A stretch of DNA of 64,000 bases. Source: Bdellovibrionales bacterium (lineage in GTDB: Bacteria > Bdellovibrionota > UBA1018 > CAIMNF01). Numbering within the stretch: the first letter of the stretch is position 1; each line of letters begins with the position of its first letter. Shown piece by piece: positions 1 to 9,935 of this stretch. Where the stretch lies: assembly GCA_947502835.1 (NCBI GenBank), contig CANNBJ010000002.1:475396-539395 (forward strand), given 5' to 3'. The position numbers were made by a program, and so were the translations under genes. Below the pieces are notes generated by a model. It ran no database searches, had not been told where the DNA came from, and saw only the letters and a program-made list of their open reading frames with translations.

Positions 1-1457
1 GCCGGAGTGTAGGCGTTTCCGTTTGCGTCCTTGATTTGCCGGAATGCAGTCGCATATACGATCGGCTTGAAGGTGGAACCCGCTTGTCGTTTCATGTTGA
101 GCACGCGATTGAATGTGCTCTGGGAGTAGCTTCTTCCCCCGATGAGGGTTCTGATCTCGCCCGAGCTCTGATCGACCGCTGCAATCGCCCCCTGGAGCTC
201 GAATTGGCCTTTGATGCCGAGTTTGGTCTCAATGGCTTCGAGTCCCCGCTGGAGGGAGTCTTGTGCGATCTGGTTCATTCCGAGATCGAGTGTGGTGTAC
301 ACTTGAAACCCGAGTTCAGGGATCTCGGACTCCTCGAATCGATCCTGAAGGAGGCGAACGAGTTCGGCCTTCACGTAGTCAACAAAATAGGGGGCACGGT
401 TGCCTGCTTGGGGCGCCTGCGCGAGACGGATCGGATGGGCAAGGGCCCTCTTGAATTCGAGTTCGGTGATCTTGCCTGTTTCCAGCATCCGCTCAAGCAC
501 ATATCGTTGCCGGATCACCGCGCGTTCATAGTGTTTGTAGGGCGAATAGAATGCGGGACCCTTGATCAGGCCCACGAGCAATGCGATTTCGCCGGAATTG
601 AGATCGGTTACCTTTTTTCCGAAGAAGTATTTGGCACCTTCGGCAAAACCGCGCACCTCATAGGCTCCGATCTGTCCGAGGAAGACTTCATTGAGATAGC
701 GCTCGAAGATCTGTTGCTTTGAGTACTTGAATTCGAGGACGGGTGCCAGGAAGAGCTCGTTGATCTTCATGAAGAGATTCCGGTTTCTTCGCTCCATGAG
801 ATTCTTCACGAGCTGTTGGGTGATCGTGCTCCCTCCCTGGGAAAAGGAGAGCGTCTTCAGGTTCACAAAGATCGCGCGCAGGAAACCGCGCGGATCGATC
901 CCGAAATGGTCATAAAACCGGTTATCCTCGGCAGCCATGACGGCATCCGGAATGGTTTTTGGAAACTCCCCGAATTTCAGGACCTCGCGGATTTGCGACT
1001 TCTCCGAGCTCAAGGTGGCGACGAACTCGGGTTCGAGATAGAGATCGTTGATCTCCTTTCCGTCCGACTCGATGCTTGCAAGGCGCGAGTCCGGAGACGG
1101 GCCTTCGAAACGAAGTGTGACCGGTTTGTCTTTCAAAGAGTGCGTGGGGTGATCAGGGGGCAGGAGGTATTCAGGGTATTCCGGGGAGTGGAGGGTGAAG
1201 GAAACCTCGGTTTCGGTTTGCTTTGTGGAATATCCCAAGGCTTTCAGTTTCTGCTCCACCGTGCCACGGGCGAGGGGGGCGGCAATCCGGCTTACGTTTG
1301 AGTAGATCCGGGTGGGGATGAATTCGGTCGGGGTTTCAAAGGCGGATTCGACCTGCTGGAGGAGATAGAAAAAAAATGCAAGAAAGACCATGCCGATTGC
1401 TCCAAGGATCCACAAAATGGTCCTGCGATTTTTGGCCAATTTCTGAATCAATTTCAT
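1..1457 (-). CDS. Class A penicillin-binding protein (GT51 transglycosylase + transpeptidase); 3' end runs off the window
   Basis: Own translation of the minus strand from ATG (complement of 1455-1457): MKLIQKLAKNRRTILWILGAIGMVFLAFF (TM anchor) ... AAEDNRFYDHFGIDPRG ... QGGSTITQQLVKN (GT51 motifs) ... RQAGSTFKPIVYA (SxxK). It is absent from the ORF track because it has no stop in the window. Plus-strand ORFs 36..722 and 816..1301 are its antisense shadows. Confidence 0.85.
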   Translation of the reverse strand, partial: MKLIQKLAKNRRTILWILGAIGMVFLAFFFYLLQQVESAFETPTEFIPTRIYSNVSRIAAPLARGTVEQKLKALGYSTKQTETEVSFTLHSPEYPEYLLPPDHPTHSLKDKPVTLRFEGPSPDSRLASIESDGKEINDLYLEPEFVATLSSEKSQIREVLKFGEFPKTIPDAVMAAEDNRFYDHFGIDPRGFLRAIFVNLKTLSFSQGGSTITQQLVKNLMERRNRNLFMKINELFLAPVLEFKYSKQQIFERYLNEVFLGQIGAYEVRGFAEGAKYFFGKKVTDLNSGEIALLVGLIKGPAFYSPYKHYERAVIRQRYVLERMLETGKITELEFKRALAHPIRLAQAPQAGNRAPYFVDYVKAELVRLLQDRFEESEIPELGFQVYTTLDLGMNQIAQDSLQRGLEAIETKLGIKGQFELQGAIAAVDQSSGEIRTLIGGRSYSQSTFNRVLNMKRQAGSTFKPIVYATAFRQIKDANGNAYTP

Positions 1458-1522
1458 TCTTTACCCTTGACTCCGTCCTTGCGCGCCCCGTATTTTCGTT
1501 CTCCAATAAGGAGAATCCACCC

Positions 1523-2956
1523 ATGCCAGTTCAACACCACGTGATGCGTCTATGGTTTGCGAGCGTCCTCACTGTAGGATTTCTTTCGCCGGTAGCGCAA
1601 GCATTAGATTTCGATTGGCAAGGTCAGTTTCGTGCCGAAACAAACACGATTTTCGGATACTCCAATGCGCCCGACGGGGTGGATACCGGGTATGCTGTTC
1701 CTCTCAAGGCAGACACTCCTGCAAACTTCCAGAACCTCTTTTTGAGCCTGAAACCCAGGATCCTCGTCAATGACAACGTGAGCATTCACGGGGATCTATG
1801 GTTCAATGCTCCGGACACCGGCCTTTTTGGCTCGAATGCCCCTTCTTCACCCACTTACTCCAATACGTCGACCGGGAATGGATTGATTTCCGCGCGCGCC
1901 TTTTTCACTGAGGTTGCCACCGATTTCGGAACCTTCCGGATTGGTCGGATGCCTTTGCAATATGGACTCGGATTGATCTGGAACTCGGACTCGGACCGCA
2001 GAAGCCGATTGCCTTCCTTTGGTGATGCAATGACTCTGGTCACGAAACTCGGGGCGTTCAAGGTCTCTCCGATCTTTGTGAAATACCAGCAGCAGCAGCA
2101 GCAACCCGGAGCTCCTGGAGTCACAAATCCCGCCCTGAACTCTGGAATCACCGATTATGCCCTGTCCTTGGCTTATGCCAATGAAGATGAGCAGTTGGAT
2201 GTGGGGCTTTTGTTTTTGAGAAGGCTTGCCGGATCAAACTCCGGAGTCGTGGATCCACTGAGCGGTCCTACAGCGGGCACAGCTGGATATGGCTATAATA
2301 TTTGGGATTTCTACGCAAAAAAGAAAAGCGGGATGTTCACCGTGGAGGCGGAAGTTCCAATTGCAAGTGGTCTGGTTGCCTCAAAATCATTCAGCACGGT
2401 CGCGGCGGCGGTCAAGGCAAGGGCCGACTTTTCCGAGAATTGGAACCTGAAGGTGAATGCCGGAACCGCAAGCGGGCAGGCGAGCGGCACCCAAGACACG
2501 TTCACCGCATTCTCCTTTCATCCGGACTACAGGCCGGGACTGTTGATGTTCAATTACAATTACCGGAACATCGCGAATGGTTCAGGATCCTTTTTCAACA
2601 ATCCGGTCACAAACGCGCGCTTCTTGTCGGTTTCGGGGCAGTACGCCAGCGGCAAGTTCTCACACGAGCTGCTTGGCTTGTTCGGGATGGCTGATCAAAC
2701 CGCCACGGGCACTGGCAATTACTTCAATTCCCTTACTGGAAATTATCAAACAGATCTCAGTGGATCTGCTCAGGAGAAGGGACTCGGTTTTGAGTTGGAT
2801 TACTCTCTTGGATATGACTGGGATGAATTCACCCGCTTTGGAATTGATACGGGACTCTTCTTTCCAGGTGCCTTTTACAAGTTCAGTGCCACGTCCACTC
2901 CAAACGATGTGAAGACCGTGTTTGGAGCCCAGTTCGGAATGACCGTGAAGTTTTAG
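1523..2956 (+). CDS. Putative outer-membrane beta-barrel protein (signal peptide, C-terminal Phe)
   Basis: ATG at 1523 is preceded by AAGGAG. N-terminus MPVQHHVMRLWFASVLTVGFLSPVAQA is signal-like. The protein is rich in alternating G/S/T/N/Y residues and ends ...GAQFGMTVKF. It contains a Q6 run. Confidence 0.6.
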   Translation: MPVQHHVMRLWFASVLTVGFLSPVAQALDFDWQGQFRAETNTIFGYSNAPDGVDTGYAVPLKADTPANFQNLFLSLKPRILVNDNVSIHGDLWFNAPDTGLFGSNAPSSPTYSNTSTGNGLISARAFFTEVATDFGTFRIGRMPLQYGLGLIWNSDSDRRSRLPSFGDAMTLVTKLGAFKVSPIFVKYQQQQQQPGAPGVTNPALNSGITDYALSLAYANEDEQLDVGLLFLRRLAGSNSGVVDPLSGPTAGTAGYGYNIWDFYAKKKSGMFTVEAEVPIASGLVASKSFSTVAAAVKARADFSENWNLKVNAGTASGQASGTQDTFTAFSFHPDYRPGLLMFNYNYRNIANGSGSFFNNPVTNARFLSVSGQYASGKFSHELLGLFGMADQTATGTGNYFNSLTGNYQTDLSGSAQEKGLGFELDYSLGYDWDEFTRFGIDTGLFFPGAFYKFSATSTPNDVKTVFGAQFGMTVKF

Positions 2957-2980
2957 AAAGAGGAACCCGCGAAGCCCCGA

Positions 2981-3979
2981 TCAGAGCCAACCATTCACCT
3001 TGTACCAGGCAACGGTCTGGGGAACACCGGTTTCAAGGGTGTATTTCGGTTTGAAGGTCAGCTGATCGAAGGCTTTCTGTGAAGAGCAGATCCAGTAATC
3101 TGAAATGAGTTCGTTCAGCTTGTCCCGATTGAGAGGAAGACTGCGATTCAGGAGTTTGCCTGCAATCGTTCCTCCGGATGCGAGAAGGGAGACCAGCGTG
3201 TCCGGAATCTTCACCCGGATGGGCTTCACTTTCAATTCGCTTGAGATGAGGGCCATGATCCGCTCGAATGTGTAGATCTGTCCGTCGCTCACGTTGAATC
3301 GCTCGCCACGCGAGAAGATTCCCGCGTCTGCGGACAGGGAGTTGATCAGCACTTGGATCAGATCATCCACGTGAATCGCACTGTAGTATTTGTGTCCGGT
3401 GGGAGTGCGCGAGGGGAGAACCGGAAGCCAATTCTTTTGAATGGATTTGAAAAACAGATACACGTTCCTGTCTCGGGGGCCGTACACCATGGGTGGACGG
3501 ATCACGATGAAGGGCAGCTGGCCTTTGAGTTCGTCAAGGTACAGCTCGCCCCGAAGTTTGCTCTCTCCGTACATGGAAACCGGATAATCCGGATCCTGTT
3601 CGAGCTTGGGGGCGAGACCAACGCTGGGACCGCTTGCGGCAAGTGAGGAGACGTAGATGAAGCGACTCACACTGCCCGACGAGGCTGCGGCTGACGCAAG
3701 GTTTTTCGTGCCCTCCGCGTTGAACTTGAAGTACTCTTGGCGATTGCGGGCTGCGGTGAGTCCTGCAAGATGAAAAACGACATCCATGTTTTTGCAGGCC
3801 CGCTTCAGGGAATCGGAGTCAAGGATGTCGCCCGTGATCCGTGTGAAGGGCACACCTTTCAGATGGGCTGCGGACGCGCTTGGGCGCATCAGGGCGCAAA
3901 CATCATGTCCTTTCTCGGCGAGTGCAGAGACCAAGCCGCTTCCGATAAATCCACTTGCTCCAGATACCAGGATTCTCAT
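2981..3979 (-). CDS. NAD-dependent epimerase/dehydratase family protein (SDR)
   Basis: The internal start gives MRILVSGASGFIGSGLVSAL (GxxGxxG Rossmann motif) and an SMYGESK-type YxxxK catalytic region. The longer ORF to 4063 would overlap the divergent neighbour. Confidence 0.8.
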   Translation of the reverse strand: MRILVSGASGFIGSGLVSALAEKGHDVCALMRPSASAAHLKGVPFTRITGDILDSDSLKRACKNMDVVFHLAGLTAARNRQEYFKFNAEGTKNLASAAASSGSVSRFIYVSSLAASGPSVGLAPKLEQDPDYPVSMYGESKLRGELYLDELKGQLPFIVIRPPMVYGPRDRNVYLFFKSIQKNWLPVLPSRTPTGHKYYSAIHVDDLIQVLINSLSADAGIFSRGERFNVSDGQIYTFERIMALISSELKVKPIRVKIPDTLVSLLASGGTIAGKLLNRSLPLNRDKLNELISDYWICSSQKAFDQLTFKPKYTLETGVPQTVAWYKVNGWL

Positions 3980-4009
3980 AAGCTCCGGTATACCATGCAA
4001 TCCGGTAAA

Positions 4010-4786
4010 ATGCGCGTCACTGTTTTGGGCTGCGGCACCTCGACCGGCGTCCCGTTGATTCACTGTTCTTGCAAAGTGTGTCGATCGAGGAATCCGAAAA
4101 ACAAACGACTTCGAGCTTCGATCTGGGTTGAGGTGGACGGCCTCAGTTTACTCGTGGATGTCTCGCCCGACTTCAGACAGCAGGCGCTTCGAGCACGGAT
4201 TCCGGCAATCGATGCGATCCTCCTCACGCATCCTCATGCCGATCATATTGGCGGGCTCGACGAGATCCGGAGTTACAACTACATCCAGAACAAAGTCATT
4301 CCGGCCTACGGGCACGAATGGAGTCTGCGTGAATTGCCGGCTCGGTTCCCGTATCTTTTTTCCGGAGAAAAACCGGAGGGCGGCGGCATCGCAAAGATTG
4401 AGCTTCGTCCCTTCGGACTCCGGGATTCCGGATTTGAACTTGGTGGAGTGAAGGTCATTCCGATCGAGCTCGATCACGGATCGCAAAAAGTCGCCGGATT
4501 CCGGGTTGGCAATTTTGCGTACCTCACCGATTGCAATTCCATCCCGGAGGAGTCCTTTCAGCGTCTCGAGGGTCTTTCGGTTTTGTTGTTGGATTGTTTG
4601 CGCCTGGATCGGCATGCCACGCATTTGAATCTGGAGGCGGCCATCAATTACTCTCATAGAATCGGAGCCAAGCGCACCTATTTCACCCACCTCGGGCATG
4701 ATTTCGACTACGTTGCGGCTTCACGGAAGCTGCCGGAAAAGCATGGTTTGGCCTATGATGGCCAAGTCATTCATGTTAGAAGATGA
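4010..4786 (+). CDS. MBL-fold metallo-hydrolase (PhnP-like)
   Basis: MRVTVLGCGTSTGVP..., an HPHADHIGG (HxHxDH) motif and a CxC...C cluster near the N-terminus. The upstream part of ORF 3737..4786 is antisense to the epimerase gene. Confidence 0.8.
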   Translation: MRVTVLGCGTSTGVPLIHCSCKVCRSRNPKNKRLRASIWVEVDGLSLLVDVSPDFRQQALRARIPAIDAILLTHPHADHIGGLDEIRSYNYIQNKVIPAYGHEWSLRELPARFPYLFSGEKPEGGGIAKIELRPFGLRDSGFELGGVKVIPIELDHGSQKVAGFRVGNFAYLTDCNSIPEESFQRLEGLSVLLLDCLRLDRHATHLNLEAAINYSHRIGAKRTYFTHLGHDFDYVAASRKLPEKHGLAYDGQVIHVRR

Positions 4787-4811
4787 GGCTCAAAAGTTCA
4801 AAGGAGTCTCT

Positions 4812-5918
4812 ATGATCGTAGGCGTTCCAAAGGAAATCAAAAACAAGGAAAATCGCGTATCCATGGTGGTCGCGGGAGTGAGGGCACTCACCCAGGCCGG
4901 CCACAAGGTTCTGGTGCAGGCAAGTGCCGGCTTGGGTGCCGGGATTACCGATCAGGAGTACGCGGCCGCCGGAGCGACGATCATCGAAACTGCGAAAGAT
5001 GTTTTCGCCAAAGCCGACATGATTGTGAAGGTGAAAGAGCCGCTCCCTGAAGAGTACGATCTCCTTCGGGAAGGCCAGATTCTTTACACCTACTTGCATC
5101 TTGCGGCAGACGAGCGTCTCACAAAGGCGCTTCTCGACCGGAAGATCGTCGGAATCGCCTACGAAACCATTCAGCCAGCGGACATGTCTCTTCCCCTGCT
5201 TGCGCCGATGAGTGCGGTCGCGGGTCGCATGGCGACCCAGATCGGTGCCACTTATCTGCAAAAAGATCACGGTGGGAAAGGGATGCTGCTCGGTGGGGTT
5301 ACCGGAGTTGCCCGTGCCAATGTCACCATTCTCGGTGGCGGGGTCGTCGGCGTGAATGCCGCCAAGATGGCCGTGGGTCTGGGCGCCAAAGTGACCATTC
5401 TTGATGTGAATGTGGATCGTTTGGAGTATCTGAACGACATTTTTGGAAATTCGATCCACACGCTCTATTCGAACAACGAACAGATCGAAAGATCCGTGAT
5501 CGAGTCGGATCTTGTGATCAGCGCGATCCTTGTGCCGGGCGCGAAGGCTCCGAAGCTCGTGACCCGTCAAATGGTGTCCCGAATGCAGCCGGGTGGCGTG
5601 ATCATCGATGTGGCGGTGGATCAGGGCGGGGCGGTCGAAACCTGCCGGCCCACCTCGCACGAGCATCCAACCTATACGGTGGATAACATCATCCACTATG
5701 CGGTTCCGAACATGCCGGGCGCTGTTCCCCGCACTTCGACCTATGCGCTGACGAATGTGACCCTGAAGTACGCGCTCATGCTCGCCAATCTCGGTTGGAA
5801 AGAGGCCGTCTCCAAGGATCCGGCCCTCTACAAGGGTGTGAATCTTTCCCACGGCAAGCTCACTTATCGTGCTGTGGCTGAGGATCTGGGGTTGCCTTAC
5901 GAAGCCCTCAAGATCTAA
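4812..5918 (+). CDS. ald: Alanine dehydrogenase
   Basis: [16 protein letters not shown]..., and [28 protein letters not shown] (NAD-binding GxGxxG). Length is ~368 aa. AAGGAG lies upstream of the ATG at 4812. Confidence 0.9.
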   Translation: MIVGVPKEIKNKENRVSMVVAGVRALTQAGHKVLVQASAGLGAGITDQEYAAAGATIIETAKDVFAKADMIVKVKEPLPEEYDLLREGQILYTYLHLAADERLTKALLDRKIVGIAYETIQPADMSLPLLAPMSAVAGRMATQIGATYLQKDHGGKGMLLGGVTGVARANVTILGGGVVGVNAAKMAVGLGAKVTILDVNVDRLEYLNDIFGNSIHTLYSNNEQIERSVIESDLVISAILVPGAKAPKLVTRQMVSRMQPGGVIIDVAVDQGGAVETCRPTSHEHPTYTVDNIIHYAVPNMPGAVPRTSTYALTNVTLKYALMLANLGWKEAVSKDPALYKGVNLSHGKLTYRAVAEDLGLPYEALKI

Positions 5919-5930
5919 ACTGTTCTTGAG

Positions 5931-6422
5931 ATGAAAAAAATCGGCCTGATTCTGGGACTCGTCAACACGGTTGCGATTGCAGGCGTGCTCGGCCTCTTTG
6001 TCTATACCAAGCTCATTTTCAAGCGACCCGCGATTACCGAGCAGAAGGAAAGGGTTCGGATTGAGACCGCAGAGTCATCCGCCCCCTCCCATGACAAGAC
6101 ACAGCGGGTCTTGATGCCACTGGACCCGATCACGGTGAATCTCGATGCCTATCAGGGCGCGGATGGAAAGCCGAAGACCCACTACGCTTCCGTGAGTTTG
6201 TCTCTTGAGCTCCGGAGTGAGGCGGATCGGAAGAAGGTGGAAGAGGCGAAGCCCGCGATCCTGGATCATGTGATTCAGAATTTAAGCAAACGGAAGTTTC
6301 AGGATTTGAATCAAGTGCAGGGACGCTATGTGTTCAAGTCCCAGGTCATTGATGATACGAATGAATACCTGAAAGCCCCGATCGTGACAGAAGTGTATTT
6401 GTTCGATCTTTTGCTTCAGTAG
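5931..6422 (+). CDS. fliL: Flagellar basal-body-associated protein FliL-like
   Basis: Single N-terminal TM segment, then LDPITVNL ... YASVSLSLELRS, the pattern typical of the FliL family. Size is ~160 aa. Confidence 0.6.
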   Translation: MKKIGLILGLVNTVAIAGVLGLFVYTKLIFKRPAITEQKERVRIETAESSAPSHDKTQRVLMPLDPITVNLDAYQGADGKPKTHYASVSLSLELRSEADRKKVEEAKPAILDHVIQNLSKRKFQDLNQVQGRYVFKSQVIDDTNEYLKAPIVTEVYLFDLLLQ

Positions 6423-6439
6423 AGCGGCTTCAGGCCTGA

Positions 6440-6778
6440 TTACATCTCGACTTTTGCCTCAAAAACCGCACCGGGATCGATTTGAAGAGAGGTTGTTTTC
6501 ACCGATCCCGCCAATTTTCCAAGCGGTGTGATCCAGACTCTTCCGCTTGCCTCGATGTGGCCCTTGAGAAAGCCGTCGATGATGATTCGATCACACAGAA
6601 TCCGGCCTTCCACCAGAGAGCCCGACTTCAGAATGAGCAGGCTGCCGGGATTTCCGTGAATCTCACCCTTGATTTTGCCATAGAGATGCAGCTCGTTTGC
6701 GACCGAAAGGTTCCCCTCGATGGTGATGTCCGATCCGATCACAGTGAGCTCGCTTGCCTGAAGGGATTTATTTTCCAT
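6440..6778 (-). CDS. Bactofilin (polymer-forming cytoskeletal protein)
   Basis: 112 aa with repetitive beta-helix-type segments (VIGSDITIEGNLSV...LHLYGKIKGEIHG...GSLVEGRILCDRIIIDGFLKGHIEASGRVWI), typical of the bactofilin/DUF583 fold. Confidence 0.8.
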   Translation of the reverse strand: MENKSLQASELTVIGSDITIEGNLSVANELHLYGKIKGEIHGNPGSLLILKSGSLVEGRILCDRIIIDGFLKGHIEASGRVWITPLGKLAGSVKTTSLQIDPGAVFEAKVEM

Positions 6779-7544
6779 ACTTGTAGGTCTGAACCTTGAT
6801 GAGTTTGTTGTTCAGGTCAAAAGCAAACACCTGGATTTCCCTCAGTTGCTCGTTGGTTTCAAAGGGTCCGAATCGTGCTTTCAGGACCCGAAACCGCGCC
6901 ACCGAGAAATACTCGCCCCGGTTTGCATCGAAAAGGGCGGACCCGCTCGCCGTATTGAGCACACCGTCGGGGTGAGCAAAGAGTCGATCGTTTGAGCGGC
7001 CCAAGGCAACCAGGTGTCCTTGTTGGCTTCCCTTGCCGGGGTCGCGGTACATCACATTCAGGGTGAAGTTGGCGTACTTTCCCTGCCATTCTACGCGGGC
7101 ATCCTCGAGGCGGATGCTGGGATCGGTGCCCGCCGGTGGAACCGTAATTTGCTCGGCAAGGCCATTCCAGACGCCATCCCGCCCCTCAACAGGGACTCCG
7201 GGGGCTGGCGATGGTCTTGTGTCGGTCGCCTTCGGGTCGGTCGGGGTTGATCCGCTGGATCCCGCAATCACGGGAGGTGCGTTTGAGGTCTTTTTCTCAA
7301 GCGCGATTTTCAAGTTCTGAACTTCATTTTCAAGCTCGGCAACCAGTTCGGGCCTCGCGGATCGTTCAGAGTAAAACTCCCGAACCGCATAAATCGTTGA
7401 GACGAGAGCCAGGGTCAGGAGAGCCCAAGCCATCCACGAAGCGCGATGGATCCAGTGTACGGGCACCTTGAAGGTTCTGGGGTTCAGATTCTCATGATGC
7501 ACCTGAACGGTCAGGATTTTGTCGTTGTTTTCCGCCTTCAACAT
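6768..7544 (-). CDS. Hypothetical membrane-anchored protein, overlaps the bactofilin gene start
   Basis: The start chosen at MLKAENND is preceded by GAGGGGG. There is one TM segment (WMAWALLTLALVSTIYAV), a short coiled segment, a Pro/Ser/Thr linker and a C-terminal globular part. I recognise no family. Confidence 0.55.
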   Translation of the reverse strand: MLKAENNDKILTVQVHHENLNPRTFKVPVHWIHRASWMAWALLTLALVSTIYAVREFYSERSARPELVAELENEVQNLKIALEKKTSNAPPVIAGSSGSTPTDPKATDTRPSPAPGVPVEGRDGVWNGLAEQITVPPAGTDPSIRLEDARVEWQGKYANFTLNVMYRDPGKGSQQGHLVALGRSNDRLFAHPDGVLNTASGSALFDANRGEYFSVARFRVLKARFGPFETNEQLREIQVFAFDLNNKLIKVQTYKYGK

Positions 7545-7622
7545 CCCCCTCACCCTAGCATTCAGGAGGTTGCAGGGCAAACGCCTTAAAGCTTTTCAAG
7601 GGGGTTTCCGAAAGGAGAGAGG

Positions 7623-9089
7623 ATGAAGATTCTATTTTTGGATTCTCACAAGGATGTTCTCGGAAACTGGGTCGAGCCGCTCCGGGCCGGTGGCTGGGGA
7701 GTGGTTCTTGCTCGAACGGTGGACGAGGCCACAAAACTGATGGTTCTCCACGGCGACGGGGTCGAGGCGATCGTAACCCACGAAAGTCTTGTGGCCTTCG
7801 CGGAAAAGGCGAACAAGCCCTTTTTGGTCCTTACGGAATCCTGGACAGAGAGAGAGATCCTCAAGCATCAGAACTCAACCCACAGCGCAAAGGGGTATCT
7901 TCCCTACGCCGGATCCTTGGAGCGGGTCCGTGGTTTCTGGGCAGATGTGTCCGGCAGTTCGGAAAAAGTCCTTCAAACCGGAAAGGACGGAATCACTCGC
8001 ACCGGAGTGAAACTGGTGGAGGCAACCCAATTTCTGACCCGTCCAGAACCTTCCCGGGCATTTTCGACTTCCTCCGTGTCATTGCGGGCACCTTCCAAGA
8101 CCATGAGCGGTCGCTCCACAAGCACCGCGATCCGGTCGATCCAAGCCATGTCGTCTTCCCTGGCCCCAAGTTCCGAGGAGGTCCAAGAAGTGCAGGAGGT
8201 TCCTGTTTCCGAGGGATCGGCCGCGCGAGATTTTGAAACGGTGGAAGCGACCCGTGTTGAGCCCATTGTGCGCAATGTGGAGCCTCAGCAAGATGACTTT
8301 GATCAATCCACCCGCATGATTGATCGTACTGCGGCAACTTCCGCTTTGAGGATTTCCTCCGCGGAAGAAAACAGGGAGCCCTCGGGTTTCGAATCGCCGC
8401 TCGAGTCGGTTCGCAGGGAAGTGGATTCCTATTTTTCCACGCGCGCGCCCGAGCCGCGTCCCGCGCTGAAGTTGGTGGCCGAGGCGAATCCGGATGTTGA
8501 GGCCCTTCGCAACTACCTGGCAATGCGTGAACAGGATGTTGCCGTGTTGAGCGGACAGATCCGGTCTTCCAAGGAGCGCATCTCCCAAATGGAAGGTGAA
8601 CTCAAAATGGAAAAGGCCCGGAATTCCGAGCTTCAAGAGCTTCTGAGCAAGGCGGAGCAAACCATCAAGGGGTATGATCTCGAGAAGCGGGTCGAGATGG
8701 AAGTGGTCGAGAAGCAGGTGGATGACCTGGATCGACAATTGAGGGAGCGGACAGAAAAAGCGCGAGTGATCGAAACCAAGCTCAGGCTCATGAATGAGGA
8801 AGTTCTGAAGGTCAAGGACCGGGTTCGTGTGGACATCCGGAGAATCCGCGTCCGCGAGAAGGAGCTTGAGGGGCAGCTTGAAATCCTGAAAAAGGATTCC
8901 GCGGCCCTGCTTCAGGCCCGGGATGAGAAGATCCTCGAACTCAAGAGGAGGGTTGATCTTCTGGAGTTCAACATGGAGCTTGCCCAGGAGCAGGTGGAGA
9001 AAGAGCGACGATCCACCGATGAGCTCAGATCCAAACTCCGGGATGCCGCGGATGCAATGAAGCAGGCCAACGGCTACTTGGAGCAGTAG
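7623..9089 (+). CDS. Pseudo-receiver domain / coiled-coil protein (FrzS-like architecture)
   Basis: The N-terminal ~120 aa look like a CheY-type receiver (MKILFLDSHKDVL...EAIVTHESL...) with the expected phospho-acceptor Asp position not conserved. A low-complexity S/T/P/E linker follows. The C-terminal ~200 aa are heptad-rich E/K/R/L coiled coil. Confidence 0.6.
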   Translation: MKILFLDSHKDVLGNWVEPLRAGGWGVVLARTVDEATKLMVLHGDGVEAIVTHESLVAFAEKANKPFLVLTESWTEREILKHQNSTHSAKGYLPYAGSLERVRGFWADVSGSSEKVLQTGKDGITRTGVKLVEATQFLTRPEPSRAFSTSSVSLRAPSKTMSGRSTSTAIRSIQAMSSSLAPSSEEVQEVQEVPVSEGSAARDFETVEATRVEPIVRNVEPQQDDFDQSTRMIDRTAATSALRISSAEENREPSGFESPLESVRREVDSYFSTRAPEPRPALKLVAEANPDVEALRNYLAMREQDVAVLSGQIRSSKERISQMEGELKMEKARNSELQELLSKAEQTIKGYDLEKRVEMEVVEKQVDDLDRQLRERTEKARVIETKLRLMNEEVLKVKDRVRVDIRRIRVREKELEGQLEILKKDSAALLQARDEKILELKRRVDLLEFNMELAQEQVEKERRSTDELRSKLRDAADAMKQANGYLEQ

Positions 9090-9182
9090 GCCTGAAAGAG
9101 CTGTTTTTTCGACCGAAATAATTGAACTTTCGAGCATTATTCTCTGGCCGAAATCGCATAAAAACCGATAGGATCAAGCCCC

Positions 9183-9935
9183 ATGATGGTGGTGGCAGTG
9201 ATTCCCGCTCGTTATGGTTCGACCCGGTTGCCGGCGAAGCCCTTGGCCGATATTTGTGGCAAGCCCATGATTCAGTGGGTCTACGAGAAAACAAGACAAT
9301 CCAAATTGTGTTCCAGGGTTTGCGTTGCCACGGATGATGAACGGGTGGCAGCGGCGGTAAGATCGTTTGGCGGGGAAGTGGTGATGACTTCCACCGAAAT
9401 CCAAAGCGGTACCGACCGTATGGCTGCCGTTGCCGGAATGATACCGGGGGATGTGTTTGTGAATGTTCAGGGAGATGAGCCCCTGATTGATGGGGCATCG
9501 ATTGATTTTGCGATTCGCCCTGTGCTTGAAGGGAAGTTTGATCTCACATCCCTTCGGGTCCCGGTAAAATCCGTTGAGGATCTGAAGAATCGAAATGTCG
9601 TGAAGGTGATCGTCGACGATTCGAATCGTGCCCTTTACTTTTCGCGCTATCCGATTCCCTATTCCCGGGTTGAGCCTGAGACGGCAAAGGCTCCCTTCCT
9701 TTGTTCCCAGCATGTCGGGATTTATGTGTATCGCAAGGAGACCCTACTCAGGATGAGTTCACTTCCGGTAACGGAGCTCGAGCGCGCGGAGAGTTTGGAG
9801 CAACTTCGTGCGATGAAAGCAGGGATTCCAATCGGAGTATTTGAGGCAAATTTTGATTCGGTGGGTGTGGATACTCCCGAAGATCTTGAAAAAGTTCGTT
9901 CCCTGATCGGAGGAAAGCAGCATGGCAAAGCCTAA
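9183..9935 (+). CDS. kdsB: 3-deoxy-manno-octulosonate cytidylyltransferase
   Basis: [30 protein letters not shown] and [10 protein letters not shown] motifs; ~250 aa. Confidence 0.9.
   Translation: MMVVAVIPARYGSTRLPAKPLADICGKPMIQWVYEKTRQSKLCSRVCVATDDERVAAAVRSFGGEVVMTSTEIQSGTDRMAAVAGMIPGDVFVNVQGDEPLIDGASIDFAIRPVLEGKFDLTSLRVPVKSVEDLKNRNVVKVIVDDSNRALYFSRYPIPYSRVEPETAKAPFLCSQHVGIYVYRKETLLRMSSLPVTELERAESLEQLRAMKAGIPIGVFEANFDSVGVDTPEDLEKVRSLIGGKQHGKA

Noticed and set aside
36-1301. Plus-strand ORFs 36..722 and 816..1301 (228 and 161 aa)
   Set aside because: Their translations have no recognisable motifs. The opposite strand encodes a continuous class A PBP with textbook GT51 and SxxK motifs, so these are antisense shadow ORFs.
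4776-5852. 358-aa minus-strand ORF opposite ald
   Set aside because: Arg/His/Gly-rich and low-complexity. It lies entirely inside the well-supported alanine dehydrogenase gene, so it is a shadow ORF. The same reasoning applies to 8079..9137, 11442..12452, 19996..20865, 21593..22633, 23404..24294, 30793..31713, 34301..35128 and 44573..45751.
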